From Lama glama (Eukaryota), in NCBI GenBank assembly GCA_028534125.1, contig CM052816.1, positions 101,496,001 through 101,556,000 of the forward strand: a DNA stretch of 60,000 nucleotides, given 5' to 3'. The notes beneath the pieces were generated by a model. It ran no database searches. It saw nothing but the letters and a program-made list of their open reading frames with translations, and was not told where the DNA came from. Below, one piece after another: positions 45,001 to 57,000 of this stretch; within the stretch, counting starts at the first letter, position 1, and every line of letters starts with the position of its first letter. The translations under genes and the position numbers were made by a program.

Positions 45001-48000
45001 GGAGACCTTACTGGGCTTCACAGTATTTTCTTTGTGCTGAGTCTGTGAAGTACACGCTGGGTTGTGCGTAAAAATTTTAAAACAGTAGTTTGGATGTGGC
45101 AGGTTGTATAAAACACGTGAAGTTTAGCCGCACCTGTTTCTTTTGATTTCTGACGTGCCTGCTAGAAAGTTTGTGGCCCCCGTGTGGCTTGCGTCAGAGT
45201 TCTCTCTGTTGGGCCCTCTGCTCTGCACCCCTGTTGCCCTTCAGTCCTGGAACCAGTGTTTCCCCACGGAGCCCTGGGTCCTCGGTGGAGGGTGGCACCA
45301 GATACAGAGGCCTGGGCGCTGGGCAGGCACATGCATGTTCACATTCACCCACAACTGTCTTTTGCACGGTAGCCTCCACGTTGTCCAGCACCTGCCCTAG
45401 ATCTGCTCTGCTTTTCTTTCAGTTTTGTAATTCTGCAGTGAGAAACCTGACATCTGTCACCCTTAATGCACTTATTTGATCAACAGTGACCAGTCTCCCC
45501 CCACCCCCATGCCCTGCACACCTTGCTTGGGACCTGGTTCCCCTCCCAGGCCGCTGCTCCTACTCGGACACCTGCCACCCCACACCCCACACACAGTGCC
45601 TCCCCTTCCTGGGCCCTCCTGATGGGAGCCTGTGCAGGAGGGGCTGGTCTTGTTTGGTGGCTGGTTGTTAAATGGAAGTAAGTCCCCACATGCTGTGGAG
45701 GTGGGGTGTCTGGGCCTCTTGACCAGTGTCTCGTGCTAACTTGTTCTGTCCGGGCTGTTTCTGGGGTCTCAGGAGCTCCTCTTAGAGGGGTCACGAGGAG
45801 TTTGATCGCACATGAGTGCAAGTGGGTCTTAAGTTAAAATCCAGGGAAGGTGTGAGGGGCGTCTGTTGGTCTTGTTTGCGGGAAATGAGTGACCCTGTGG
45901 CCGTTCGGGATTTACCTGAGTCAGGCCATGCTCACAGGCCTCTGCTCAGCCGCGGGAGCCTAGGGCTGCCCAGGGGCGGGACTCAGGCGTGCTTCCTCGC
46001 AGATGGGCTACCTGAGGAAGAGCGGGGATGGGAGCCTGCTGTACAGCGTTGTCAACACAGCCGAGCCGGATGCTGACGGTGGGTGCCCATGCACATCCTC
46101 CCGTCCGTCACGTCCCGTGACCTGGAGACTGTAGCCTGCCTGGGGGACCCTTTCCTGGCCCCATGCCTGTCTGGTGTCCCGCCCCTGCACGCCCCCTTGG
46201 CAGGAGACGGATGTGGTCAGCGGACAGGGTGGCCATGCCCAGGGTTGGGGGGGTTCCCCACCCAGATGAGTGGGTGTACTCGGCATTCTCGATGGGTGTG
46301 GAGGGTGCGTGCTGACCACTTTGACATTTAGCTGGAACGGATCCTGACGTTCTCGATAGAAGAGCAGATGGGTGGTCTACGCTTGGAGAACGTGGGATGG
46401 TCCCCTGGGGGACTGAGGGGTCCCACTCAGCCCACGCGAGCAGCACCCACAGCACAGAAATGTGCTCTCGGGTGTCCGAGGTGGAGGCTCCCTGTTGCTA
46501 TGACTGCACATGGGGGGCACAGGGTTCTGCTGTGTCCTGGGACTGTGGGCTGACTGACTGCAGAGTCAAACTGCAGTGTGGTTAGGGTTTGAGGGGGCAG
46601 CCGGCTTCTGCAGGTCCGACTTCAGAGGGGCTTCCCAGGGAGCCCCCAGGCTGCCCGCCTGCCCACTGCACTGCCCTGGGCCAGGGGCTCCAAGACCACG
46701 TGCTCATGGCCCTGTCCGCTTGCAGAAGAGGAGACCCACCCAGTGGACCTGAGCTCACTATCCAGCAAGCTGGTCCCGGGCATCACCACGCTGGGCTTCC
46801 GGGAGGAGCGGAGGAGCAGAGGTGAGTGTGCACCACAGCCTGCCCACCGGGGTTGCCCCCACGTCCTGGCTGGGAAACTGGCCGCAGAAGTAGGTCATCA
46901 GAAGTCTCGGGACGAGAAGCCGTCTCCCCATCCCTTCGGGTGGGTGGGTCTCCTCCTGGCGCATAGAGGCCGTCCTCCGAGATGGTGGTGGAAATTTCAT
47001 TTCCTCGACGAACCATCACATTTCATCCCCTTGGAGGCTTGTGATGCTGCCGGCAGCAGAGAGAGACCGGAGTGTGAGGCTCTCCCCAGAGTGGGTGGAC
47101 AGCACGGGCGCCTTGGCTGCGTGGGTGCTGATGCCGGGCTGTCTTGTGTTGGTGTGCTTGCCTGCACAGCACTTCTTCCCAGGGATGTTTGGCCATGTCT
47201 GGGGACACTTTGATTGTCACACTGGGGTGCTCCCGGCATCTAGTGGGTCAGGCAGCTATGTTGCTCCCCGTTCTGTGCCCAGGACACCGCCCTCTGGCCC
47301 CGAGTCCCCACGCGTCCCCTCGGCAAGGGCAGCCCTGGGGATGTGCCTGTGGCTGGCTGTGCGCGGAGGCGTCTGTGGGTGCAACCTGTGTCCTCACGTG
47401 TGCCTCCCCTCTCCCAGTCACGTTTCTGTCCAGCGCCAGCACTGCGCTCTCCCTACACAACAACTCGGTGTTCGGGGACCTGAAGTCCGACGAGGCGGAG
47501 CTGCTGTACTCAGCCTACGGGGACGAGACGGGTGTGCAGTGCGCGCTCAGGTGGGTCGGGGCAGACATGCAGCATGGCGGGAGCCGTTTTCCTGTGGGTG
47601 GTTCGGGCCAGTTTGTGGGCTCCAGGAAGGTGGTGGCCCAGGCCGCAGCTTGAGGAAGAGCATGTGTGACCCACTGGCATGTGTAGTAACAGTCGTACAC
47701 AGGATGGCCCTGGTGGCTCTGCTCAGGCCGCCAAGACAAGGCTCCATGGCTGGCCGCTCAGACCACAGTCACCATCTCCCGTCCAGGAGGCTGGAGTCCG
47801 AGACTAGGGGTCTGGGCTGGACCTCCTGGTCCTTGGCCTGAGGGCACCGCTCTTCCCTGGGTTCCGGTGTGGCCGTCCCTCCGCAAGTCCCTGTACCCAC
47901 TTCCTTCCTGTAAAGACACCATTCTAACTTACCACCCGTAGAGGGTTTGTCTCCAAGGGTGGTCACATCCTGAGGTACTTGGGGTCAGGGCTTCACTGGG

Positions 48001-51000
48001 GGAGTTTTAGGGACAGTTCAGCAACTCACTGGCTAAGGTGTCAAATTAAGATCATAGACGTAGCACTGCGTTTCTGGGGAACTCTTGTATTGTTTTCTGT
48101 GACAAAGTAGAAATGAATCACTCCTGCAGAGTTGCAGTAATTTCTGTGGGGAAAGTAACAGCTTTGCTATTCTCTTCAAGAAATGGAATCTGTCCTTATT
48201 AGATCTGCATCTTACTCCAAAAAGAGTGCAGAATGTGATTGAGAAACACACGGGGGTGCGCCACTCGCTGACAGTAGGCGGAACCCAGGCTGGGCCCCGT
48301 GTGTGAGAAGAGGTGACAGCGGGGAGCCAAGGACAGGATGGCGTCATGGTCCTCCTGCTGCTCCCTGTGAGCCTGCCACCTGCTCGTGGCTCTTTAAGGG
48401 CCCCAGGGACCCCGCCCCACCCCACCGCAGTGCCTGCTCCCGCCAGCCCTGGCCGCTTTGTCCGAGGAGCTCCTAGCCGAGGCGCCCGGGCTGGTTTTGC
48501 TCCTGGGTGCGCTGCTGCCCTCCCTCTGTGTGGGAGCCGCTCAGAGCCTTCGCCTGGCTGCGCTGCTGGGACGGGGCCTGTCTGCCGCGTCCTCTCTGAA
48601 CGCTCTAGTTAGTTGTAGTTTGGTTTTTTGGAAGTCGGAACAGCTCTGAGAGGTGTTGGGGAGGGTCTTACTCCCTTGCCCTCCCCATGTGGCCCCCACA
48701 CTGTGTTCTCAGTCTACTTGCATTTTTAGAACCAAAACAAACAGGTGTGGAAACGCTCCTGTTGTGAGGTTAGCATGAGGTACATCTGTGTGCGAATACA
48801 CTCTTCACTTGGGTTTATTTTTACCAGGTTTTTCCCGAGATGTTCATAGGTTTTTTGGGTCGGGGGCCACTTTGAAAATCTGGTGAAGACTGTTGTGCAC
48901 TCTCCAAAACCACTCCATCTAGGGGGGGCCGTGGCTCAGGGAGAAGCTCCCCTTTGGAGGGACGTCTGGGGCATGCGGCTGGGATGGCATGTGGGGCCCT
49001 GACACCCCCCCCCCGGCCCCGTCTTCTCGCGGCCCCCAGCCTGCAGGAGTTTGTGAAGGGCGCAGGGAGCTACAGCAGGAAGATGGTGGACGACCTCCTG
49101 GACCAGATCACGGGCGGAGACCACTCTCGGATGCTATCCCAGCTGCGGCAGGTGGGCTGTGCCCGGCGCTCCCGTGGGAGGAGCGTCCAGCCTGGGTGCG
49201 GGTCGGGGCTCCTCCCTCGCTGGCTGTTATTTACGGTTTGTCTTCACTGTGAACGGTCAGATACCCTTCCAGGAAGCTGACAAGTACCAAGGCCCCTGGG
49301 GCGCACACGGTCCCTGTCACTGTGCAGCCATGCTTCTTCCGGACGCTGTCGTTGTCCCTCGTCTTGAAGTTTCCTTTGCTGTTTCTCAGAGGACAGATTG
49401 GCTCAGGTTTTCTTCATCTGAAGAAAGTCTTTATTTTACCTTCATTTTTGAAGCTCGTCTTCCCCGGGCGTGGAGGTCCAGGTGGACGTCTTTTCCTCTG
49501 CGTACAATGGCGTCTGACTTGCGTCGTTTCTGAGGACGTGTCTGCAGTTGCTTTTCTCTCTCTCCCACTTGTAACTTGTCTTTTTTGGTGAAGATTGAGG
49601 ATTGGCAGACTGGCCCACGAGCTAAGCATAATTTTACATTTTTTGAAGATTTAAAAAAAGAGAAGGTGCTGCAGCTCGTGTGGGGCCGTGAAGCCCACGT
49701 GTTCGCTCTCCAGCCGTGTGGAGAAGAGGCGCGGCCGCTGCTCTGGCTGCTCCTGAGTGTGTGGCTTCCTGCCTGGCGGTGCAGTTGGTCCCGGTGTGCG
49801 TGACTGTGTGCGTCCTTGTGTCTGTTCTGCTTGACGTTTGCCGAGTTTCTTAGGCCTGTCAATTTGTGGTTTTCCTAAAATCTGGAAGATTTTCGGCCTT
49901 TGTTTCTTCAGATGTAGTTTCTGCCCACACCCCTCTTCCGTCTTTCTAGGTTCCAGTCTGATCACTTTTCTGAACGTGAACCACATTAGAGTCGCGTAAA
50001 TGACGTCCAGTACTGACACGTGCACGTTGGCGGGAGCTTGCATGAGGAGATAGGTGTTGAGATAGTGGTAGTGTTTACTTTTTCTACTTGAAAGTTGTGA
50101 AGTTTCTAACACAAGCAAAGCTCAGGGACATTATCTTGAACGAAAGATCACAGTTACAGAAGCATGTGGGCTGACTGTTCTGGGTATGTTCACAGAACGG
50201 GGGTGAGTTAAGGACAGGCTCCTGCCAGGTTACAGGCCAGCAGCTCAGTGCAGTGAGTGGGCTGTGGTCACAGAGTAGTGGTCAGATGCATGCCACCTTC
50301 CAGGCTAATCCTACTCCAGGTTAAGCCACCGGGCTGGGTGATTTTCCTGAATCGCCCTGGGACCGGTGAACCATGTCTGATTTTTTTCTTTTGTTTTATG
50401 CCACCCAGGGCTATGGACCCAAGGTTGGGGTGCTCTCACTCCATCTCCTCGTCCCAGGGTGGTCTTGTGGGCCCTCAGCTCCCAGGTCTCAGGAACCAGG
50501 CCCCTGTGGGCCAAGTTAGCGACCTCACACTGTCACACGCAGAGCTGCCGGGGTCACAGCACGACGTGATCTGACTTGACAGCTCAGAGCTGTGGCCAGG
50601 TGGGTGATGGGCTGTCCTTTGTAAAATTGTTTCAGAAAACTTGTTCTTGTCTGTCTTGCTTTGCAGAGGAGAAACGTCCCGATGAAGCCTCCCGACGAAG
50701 GGAAGGTGAGTTACACGGCCAGTTAGTAAAAGCCTGGTAGCCAGGGTCTCCGTAAGGATGGTTGTGTTTGACCTTTGAGAGGGGGTGCTTGAGAAGAGCT
50801 TCATGTTTTAGTTAGAAACTGGTGAAGTTGCTGACGAGATGAAGTGGTGGTCCCCCGACCCCCAGTTGCAATGACTGGGGATCAGGGTGCGAAGCCACGC
50901 ACCACGTGTGGGCAGAGGAGTTTAAGGTGCTTGAGGGGCGGCCTGCGCGCCAGGTAATGCACTTCATCTCTGGTGCGGGGGTCACCCAGCTCTCCTGGCA

Positions 51001-54000
51001 GGCGGAGATGCCAGCCTGCGGTGCTGCCAGGCCGGTGCGTGTGCACCGTGTGCTCGGAGCGAGACTAGCCCTGGGGCCTTGCCCAAGCCTGGGACACATG
51101 CTTCCTGTCTGAGGAAACTGTCCTCTGTGGTCCAGCCTTAGTTTACTCTTCTGCCCTGGAGTAATGTGCGCATGTGGGCACACCCATCTTTGTACATGGC
51201 CATACCTGGCTTTGCTCACACCCCATGTTGCCAGGACACTTGGGCAGGGCGTGAGGCCCAGGCTGCGGGGTCACCAGGCCTTGGTGACAGGCCCACCCTG
51301 GGCAGAGCGTCAGGTGCCTATCTGGATGGGGGCCCTCTGAGCCACAGATGGTGCTGTGGTTGTCTCCTGTGAGCTGTGCGAGGTGGCCTGGGTGCTGCCG
51401 GGGTCTCTGGGTGACACAGCCCTGCGCCGTCTGCAGAGGGCTGGGACAAGCTGCAGGTGCCTTGAGCGGGACCCACACACCCTGCCCTGTAGCAGGGCCT
51501 CTGCGGTTCAGTGAGGGAGCTCCTGTCACCTTGGTCGTGCCCACCCCTCTCCTCGGCTCCACTCGGCCTTCCCCTGCATGTGGCTGCAGCCTGGTGTGGA
51601 CACAACAGGCCGAGGCTGAGGCCTCTGCCTCACTCAGCTGGCGGCGCCTGTGCCCTCACGGCATCTAGCAGCCTGTCCCGTCAGCACTCGGCTCCCAGGC
51701 CTTTCCTGCAGATGTAGTGTTCACGGCGCTTTTAGTTTTTCTTTTAACACCTTTATTGTGATATGGTTCCTGTCCAGTAAACTACACATATTCCACATGT
51801 ACACTTTGATGAATTTTGATAGCTGTATACACCCACGAGACCACCACCACAATCAACAAAGCTAATATTTCCATCTCTCCCCAAGAGATGCAGATCTCGA
51901 ACTCCCAGTTTATCCTTCCCACCGTCTTTACCCCCTGGTAACCGTAAGTTTGTTCTCTGTGTCTGTGAATCTCTTTCTGTTTTGTAGATAAATTTATTTG
52001 TGTCTTTTTTTCAGATTCTATGTATAAGTGATACCATATGGTTATTTTTCTCTTTCTGACTTACTTCACTTAGAATGACCATGCCAGGTCCATCCATGTT
52101 GCTGCGAAAGACATTATTTCATCCTTTTTTATTGCTGAATAGTATTCCACTGTATATATATACTACAGCTTCTTTATCCAGTCATCTGTCGATGGACATT
52201 TAGGTTGTTTCCATGTCTTGGCTATTGTAAATAGTGCTCCTGTGAGCATTGGGATGCGTGTGTCTTTTCAAATTAGAGTTCCCTCTGGATATGTACCCAG
52301 GAGTGGGATTGCTGGATCATACAGTAAGTCTACTTTTAGTTTTTTAAGGAACCTCCATACTATCCTCCATAGTGGCTGCACCAATTTACATTCCCACCAG
52401 CAGTGTAGGAGGGTTCCTTTTTCTCCACACCCTCTCCAGCATTTATTGTTTGTAGACTTTTAATGATGGCCGTTCCGGCTGGTGTGAAGTGATACCTCAT
52501 TGTAGTTTTGACTTGCATTTCTCTAATAATTAGTGATATTGAGTATCTTTTCATGTGCCTGTTGGCCATCTGTATGTCTTTTTTGTAGAAATATCTATTT
52601 AGGTCTTCTGCCCATTTTTTGAGTGGGTTGTTTGTTTTTTTGATATTAAGGTGTATGAGCTTTTTGTATATTTTGGAAATTAGTTCCTTGTCAGTCACAT
52701 CATTTGGAAATATTTTCTCCCATTCTGTAAGTTGTCTTTTCATTTTGTTGATGATACTCTTAGCTGTGCAAAAGCTTGTAAGTTTAATTAGATGCCATTT
52801 GTTTATTTGCGCTTTTATTTCCATTACTGCAGGAGCTGGTTTGAAAAAAATATTGCTGTGATTTATGTCAAAGAGTGTTCTACATATGTTTTCCTCTAAG
52901 AGTTTCATAGTATCTGGTCTTACATTCAAATCTTTAATCCATTTTGAGTTTTTTGTTTGTTTTTGTATGTGTGTGTGTGTGTGTTTGTATATTGTGTTAG
53001 AGAATGTCCTAGTTTCAGTCCTTTACAGGTAACTGTCCAGTTTTCCCAGCAGCGCTTTTCTCCATTGTATATTCTTGCCTCCTTAATTAGTTAACCATGA
53101 GTGCATAGGTTTATTTCTGTACTTTTTCTATCCTGTCCCATTGATCTATGTGTCTGTTTTTGTGCCAGTACCATTCTGTTTTGATTACTGTAGCTTTGTA
53201 GTATAGTCTGAAGTCAGGCCTGTTCTTCTTTCTCAAGATTGTTTTGGCTATTTGGGGTCTTTTGTGTTACCATGCAAATTTTAATATCTTTTGCCCCAGT
53301 TCTGTGAAAAGTGTCATTGGCGATTTGATAGGATTGCATTGAATCTGTATATTGCCTTGGGTAGTGTGGCCATTTTAATGATATTGAGTCTTCCAGTCCA
53401 AGAACATGGTATATCTTTCCATTTGTTTCTTTCATCTGCAGTTTCCTTCATCATTGTCTTACAGTTTTCAGAGTACAAGTCTTTTGCCTCCCCAGGTAGA
53501 TTTATTCCTAGATATTTTATTCTTTGTAGTGCTTTGGTAAATGGTATTGTTTCCTTAATTTCCCTTTCTGCTATTTCATTGTTAGTGTATAGAAATCCAG
53601 CTGATTTCTGTATATTAATTTTGTATCCTGCAACTTTACCATACTCATTGATGAGGTCTGATAGTTTTCTGGTCAATTCTTTAGGGTTTTCTACATATAG
53701 TATCACATCATCTGCAAATAGTGACAGTTTTATTTCTTTGTTTCCAGTTTGGATTCCTTTTATTTATTTTTTTTCTCTGATTGCTACGGCTAGGACTTCC
53801 GAAACTATGTTGAATAAAAGTGGCGAGAGCAGGCATCCTTATCTTGTTTCTGATCTTAGAGGAAATACTTTCAGCTTTTCCCTATTAGATGTTAGCTGTG
53901 GGTTTGTCATATGTGGCCTTTATTATGTTGAGGTGTGCTCTGTCTATGCCCACTTTCTGGAGAGCTTTCATAAATGGATGTTGAGTTTTATCGAAAGCTT

Positions 54001-57000
54001 TTTCTGCATCTGTTGAGATGATCACATGCGTTTTATTCTTCAGTTGTTAATGTGGTATATCACATTGATTGATTTGCGGATATTGAAAAATCCCTGCATC
54101 CTTGTAATAAATCCCACTTGATCATGGTATATGATCCTTTTAATGCATTGTTGGAGTTGATTTGCTAGTATTTTGTTGAGGATTTTTGCATTTATATTCA
54201 TCAGTGACATTGGCCTCTAATTTTCTTTTTTTTGTGATCTCTTTGTCTGGTTTTAGTATCAGGGTGTTGATGGTCTCATAGAGTGAGTTCTGAAGGGTTC
54301 TTTCCTCTGCAGTTTTTTGGAATAGTTTCAGAAGGATAGGTGTTAACTCTTCTCTAAATGTTGGGTTGAAGTCACCTGTGAAGCCAAATGGTCCTGGACT
54401 TTTGTTTGTTGGGGGTTTTTAAATTACTGATTCAATTTCAGTACTGGTAATTGGTCTGTTCATAGTTTCTATTTCTAACTGATTCAGTCTTGGCAAATTG
54501 TACCTTTCTAAGAAGTTGTCCATTTCTTCTGTGTCGTCCTTTTTGTTGGTGTAGTTGCTCATAGTGACCTCTTATGATCCCTTGCATTTCTGTGGTGTCA
54601 GTTGTAACTCTCCTTTTTCATTTCTGATTTAATTAACTCAGGCCTTTTTATCCTGATGTGTCTGACCAGAGGTTTATCAATTTTGTTTCTTTCTGAAGAA
54701 CCAGCTTGTAGTTTCATTGATCTCTTCTATTTTTTTAGTCTCTGTTTCATTTATTTCTGCTCTTACCGTTATGGTTTCTTTTCTTCTACTAACTTTGGGG
54801 TTGGTTTGTTCTTCTTTCTCTGGCGGCTTTAGGTGAAGGTTAGGTGGTTTACCTGAGCTTTTTATTGTTTCCTGAGGTGGGCTTGTGTTGCTGTGAGCTT
54901 CCCTCTGAGAACTGCTTTTGCTGCATCCCGGAGGTCTTGGATCATTGTGTTTTGTTTTCATTTGTCTCAAGGTATTTTTGAGTTCCTCTTTGATTTCTTC
55001 CCTGGTCCACTGGTTGTTTGGTAGCATATTGTTTAGCCTTCACGTGTTTGCAATTTGGGCAGTTTTTCTTTCTTGTAATTGATTTCTAACCTCGTAGCAT
55101 TGTGGTTAGAAAATATGCTTGGTGTGATTTCAGTTTTGTTAGATTTGCTGAGGCTGGCTTTGTGGACCAGCATGTGGTCAATTCTGAAGAATGTTCTGTG
55201 TACACTTGAAGAGAAGGTGTATTCTGCTTTCAGATAGAATGCTGTATGCATTATCAGTTAAGTCCATCTGGCCTAATTGTCATTTATTGCCTGTATTTCC
55301 TTACTGATTTTCTGCCTGGCTGATCTGTCTGTTGATGTGTGTAGGGTGTTAAGGTCCCGCACTATCACTGCATTACTGCCTATTTCTCCTTTTATGTCTG
55401 TTAACAATTGCCGTGTATACTGAGGTGCTCCTGTGTTGGGTGCATATATATTTACAGTTGTCACATCTTCTTGGATTGACCCCTTAAGCATTGTGTAGTG
55501 TCCTTCTTTGTCTCCTGTAACAGTCTTTACTCTCAGGTTTATTTTGTGTGATGTAAGTATTGCTACTCCAGCTTTCCTTTGGTTTCTGATTGCATGGAGT
55601 ATCTTCTTCCATCCTCTCCCTTCCAGCCTGCATGTGTCTCGAGCTCTGAGGTGGGTCTCTTGTGGACAGCGTATATATGGGTCTGTGTTTGTGTCCATTC
55701 AGCCAGTCTGTGTCTTTTGGTTGGAGCATTTAATCTGTTTACACTTAAGTTTATTATCCACACGTGTGTTCTTATTGCCATTTTGTTCATTGTTTTGGGT
55801 TTGTTTTTCTAGGTCTTTTTTTTTCTTCTCTGTCTTCTTTTTGTTCTCTTTTCTTGTGGTCTGATGACTGTAGAGCTACACTGATTTGCAGTTACCATGA
55901 GGTTTTGGTATAGGAGTGTATGTAGACATGATTGTTTTAATTGCTGATGTTCTCATTTCAAATGCATTTAGATGTCCTGCGTTTGTACCTTCCTCCCGTC
56001 ATGATTATTTTTCTCATTTCCAGTTGTGGCCTTTTCTTTTTTAACCTGGAGAAGTTCCTTTAACATTTGTTGTAAAGCTGGTTTGGTGGGGCTGAATTCT
56101 TTCAGCTTTTGTTTATCTGTGAAGCTTTTGATTTCTCCATCAAATCTGAACGAGAGCCTTGCTGGATAGAGTATTCTTGGCTGTAAGTTTTTCTCTTTCA
56201 TCACTTTAAATATATCGTGCCGCTCCCTTCTGGCCTGTAGAGTTTCCACTGAAAAACCAGCTAGTAATCTCATGGGAGGTCCCTTGTATGTTGTTTTTTG
56301 CTTTTTTTTTTTTTTTTTTTGCTGATTTTAGCATTTTCCCCATATCCCTGATTGCTGTCAGTTTGATGACTGTGTGCCTTGGTGTCTCTGGGCTGATCCT
56401 GTGTGGTGCTCTCTGCGCTTCCAGGACTTGGGTGACCTTTCGCAAGTTGGTCATGTTTTGCTCCAAAATTTTTCTCAGGCCCTTTCTCTCTCTCTCCTCT
56501 TTCTGGGACCCCTAAATGAGAATATTAGTGCACTTCATGTTGTCCCAGGGTTCTCTCAAACTATCGTCATTCTTTTCATTCTTTTTCCCTTTTTCTGTTC
56601 TGCAATAGTGATTTCCACTAATCTGTCTTCTAGTTCACTGATCTGTTCTTCTGCCTCATTTAATCTGTTGTTGGCTCCTTCTATAACGTTATTCATTTCA
56701 GTGATTTTATTCTTCAGTTCTGAGTATTCTTTATATTTTCCAACTCCTTGCTAAAAACTTGACTCTGCGCATCTGTACTCCTCTTGAGTTCTGTGAACAT
56801 CTTTGCCATCATTCCTGTAAACTCATTCTCAGATAAATTGCCTGTCTCCTCATCGCTTATTTCTTTTTCTGGGATTTTCTTTTGTACCTTGGCCTGAGAG
56901 AGATTCCTCTGCTGCCTCATATTGTCTATCTTTCTATTTGTATTTTTAGGTAGGTTAGTTACATTTCTTGAGCTTGGAGAGGTGGCCCTCTGTGGGAGAC

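Noticed and set aside
53291..54016. 241-aa hydrophobic plus-strand ORF
   Set aside because: It is the antisense reading of L1 ORF2, a common artefact.
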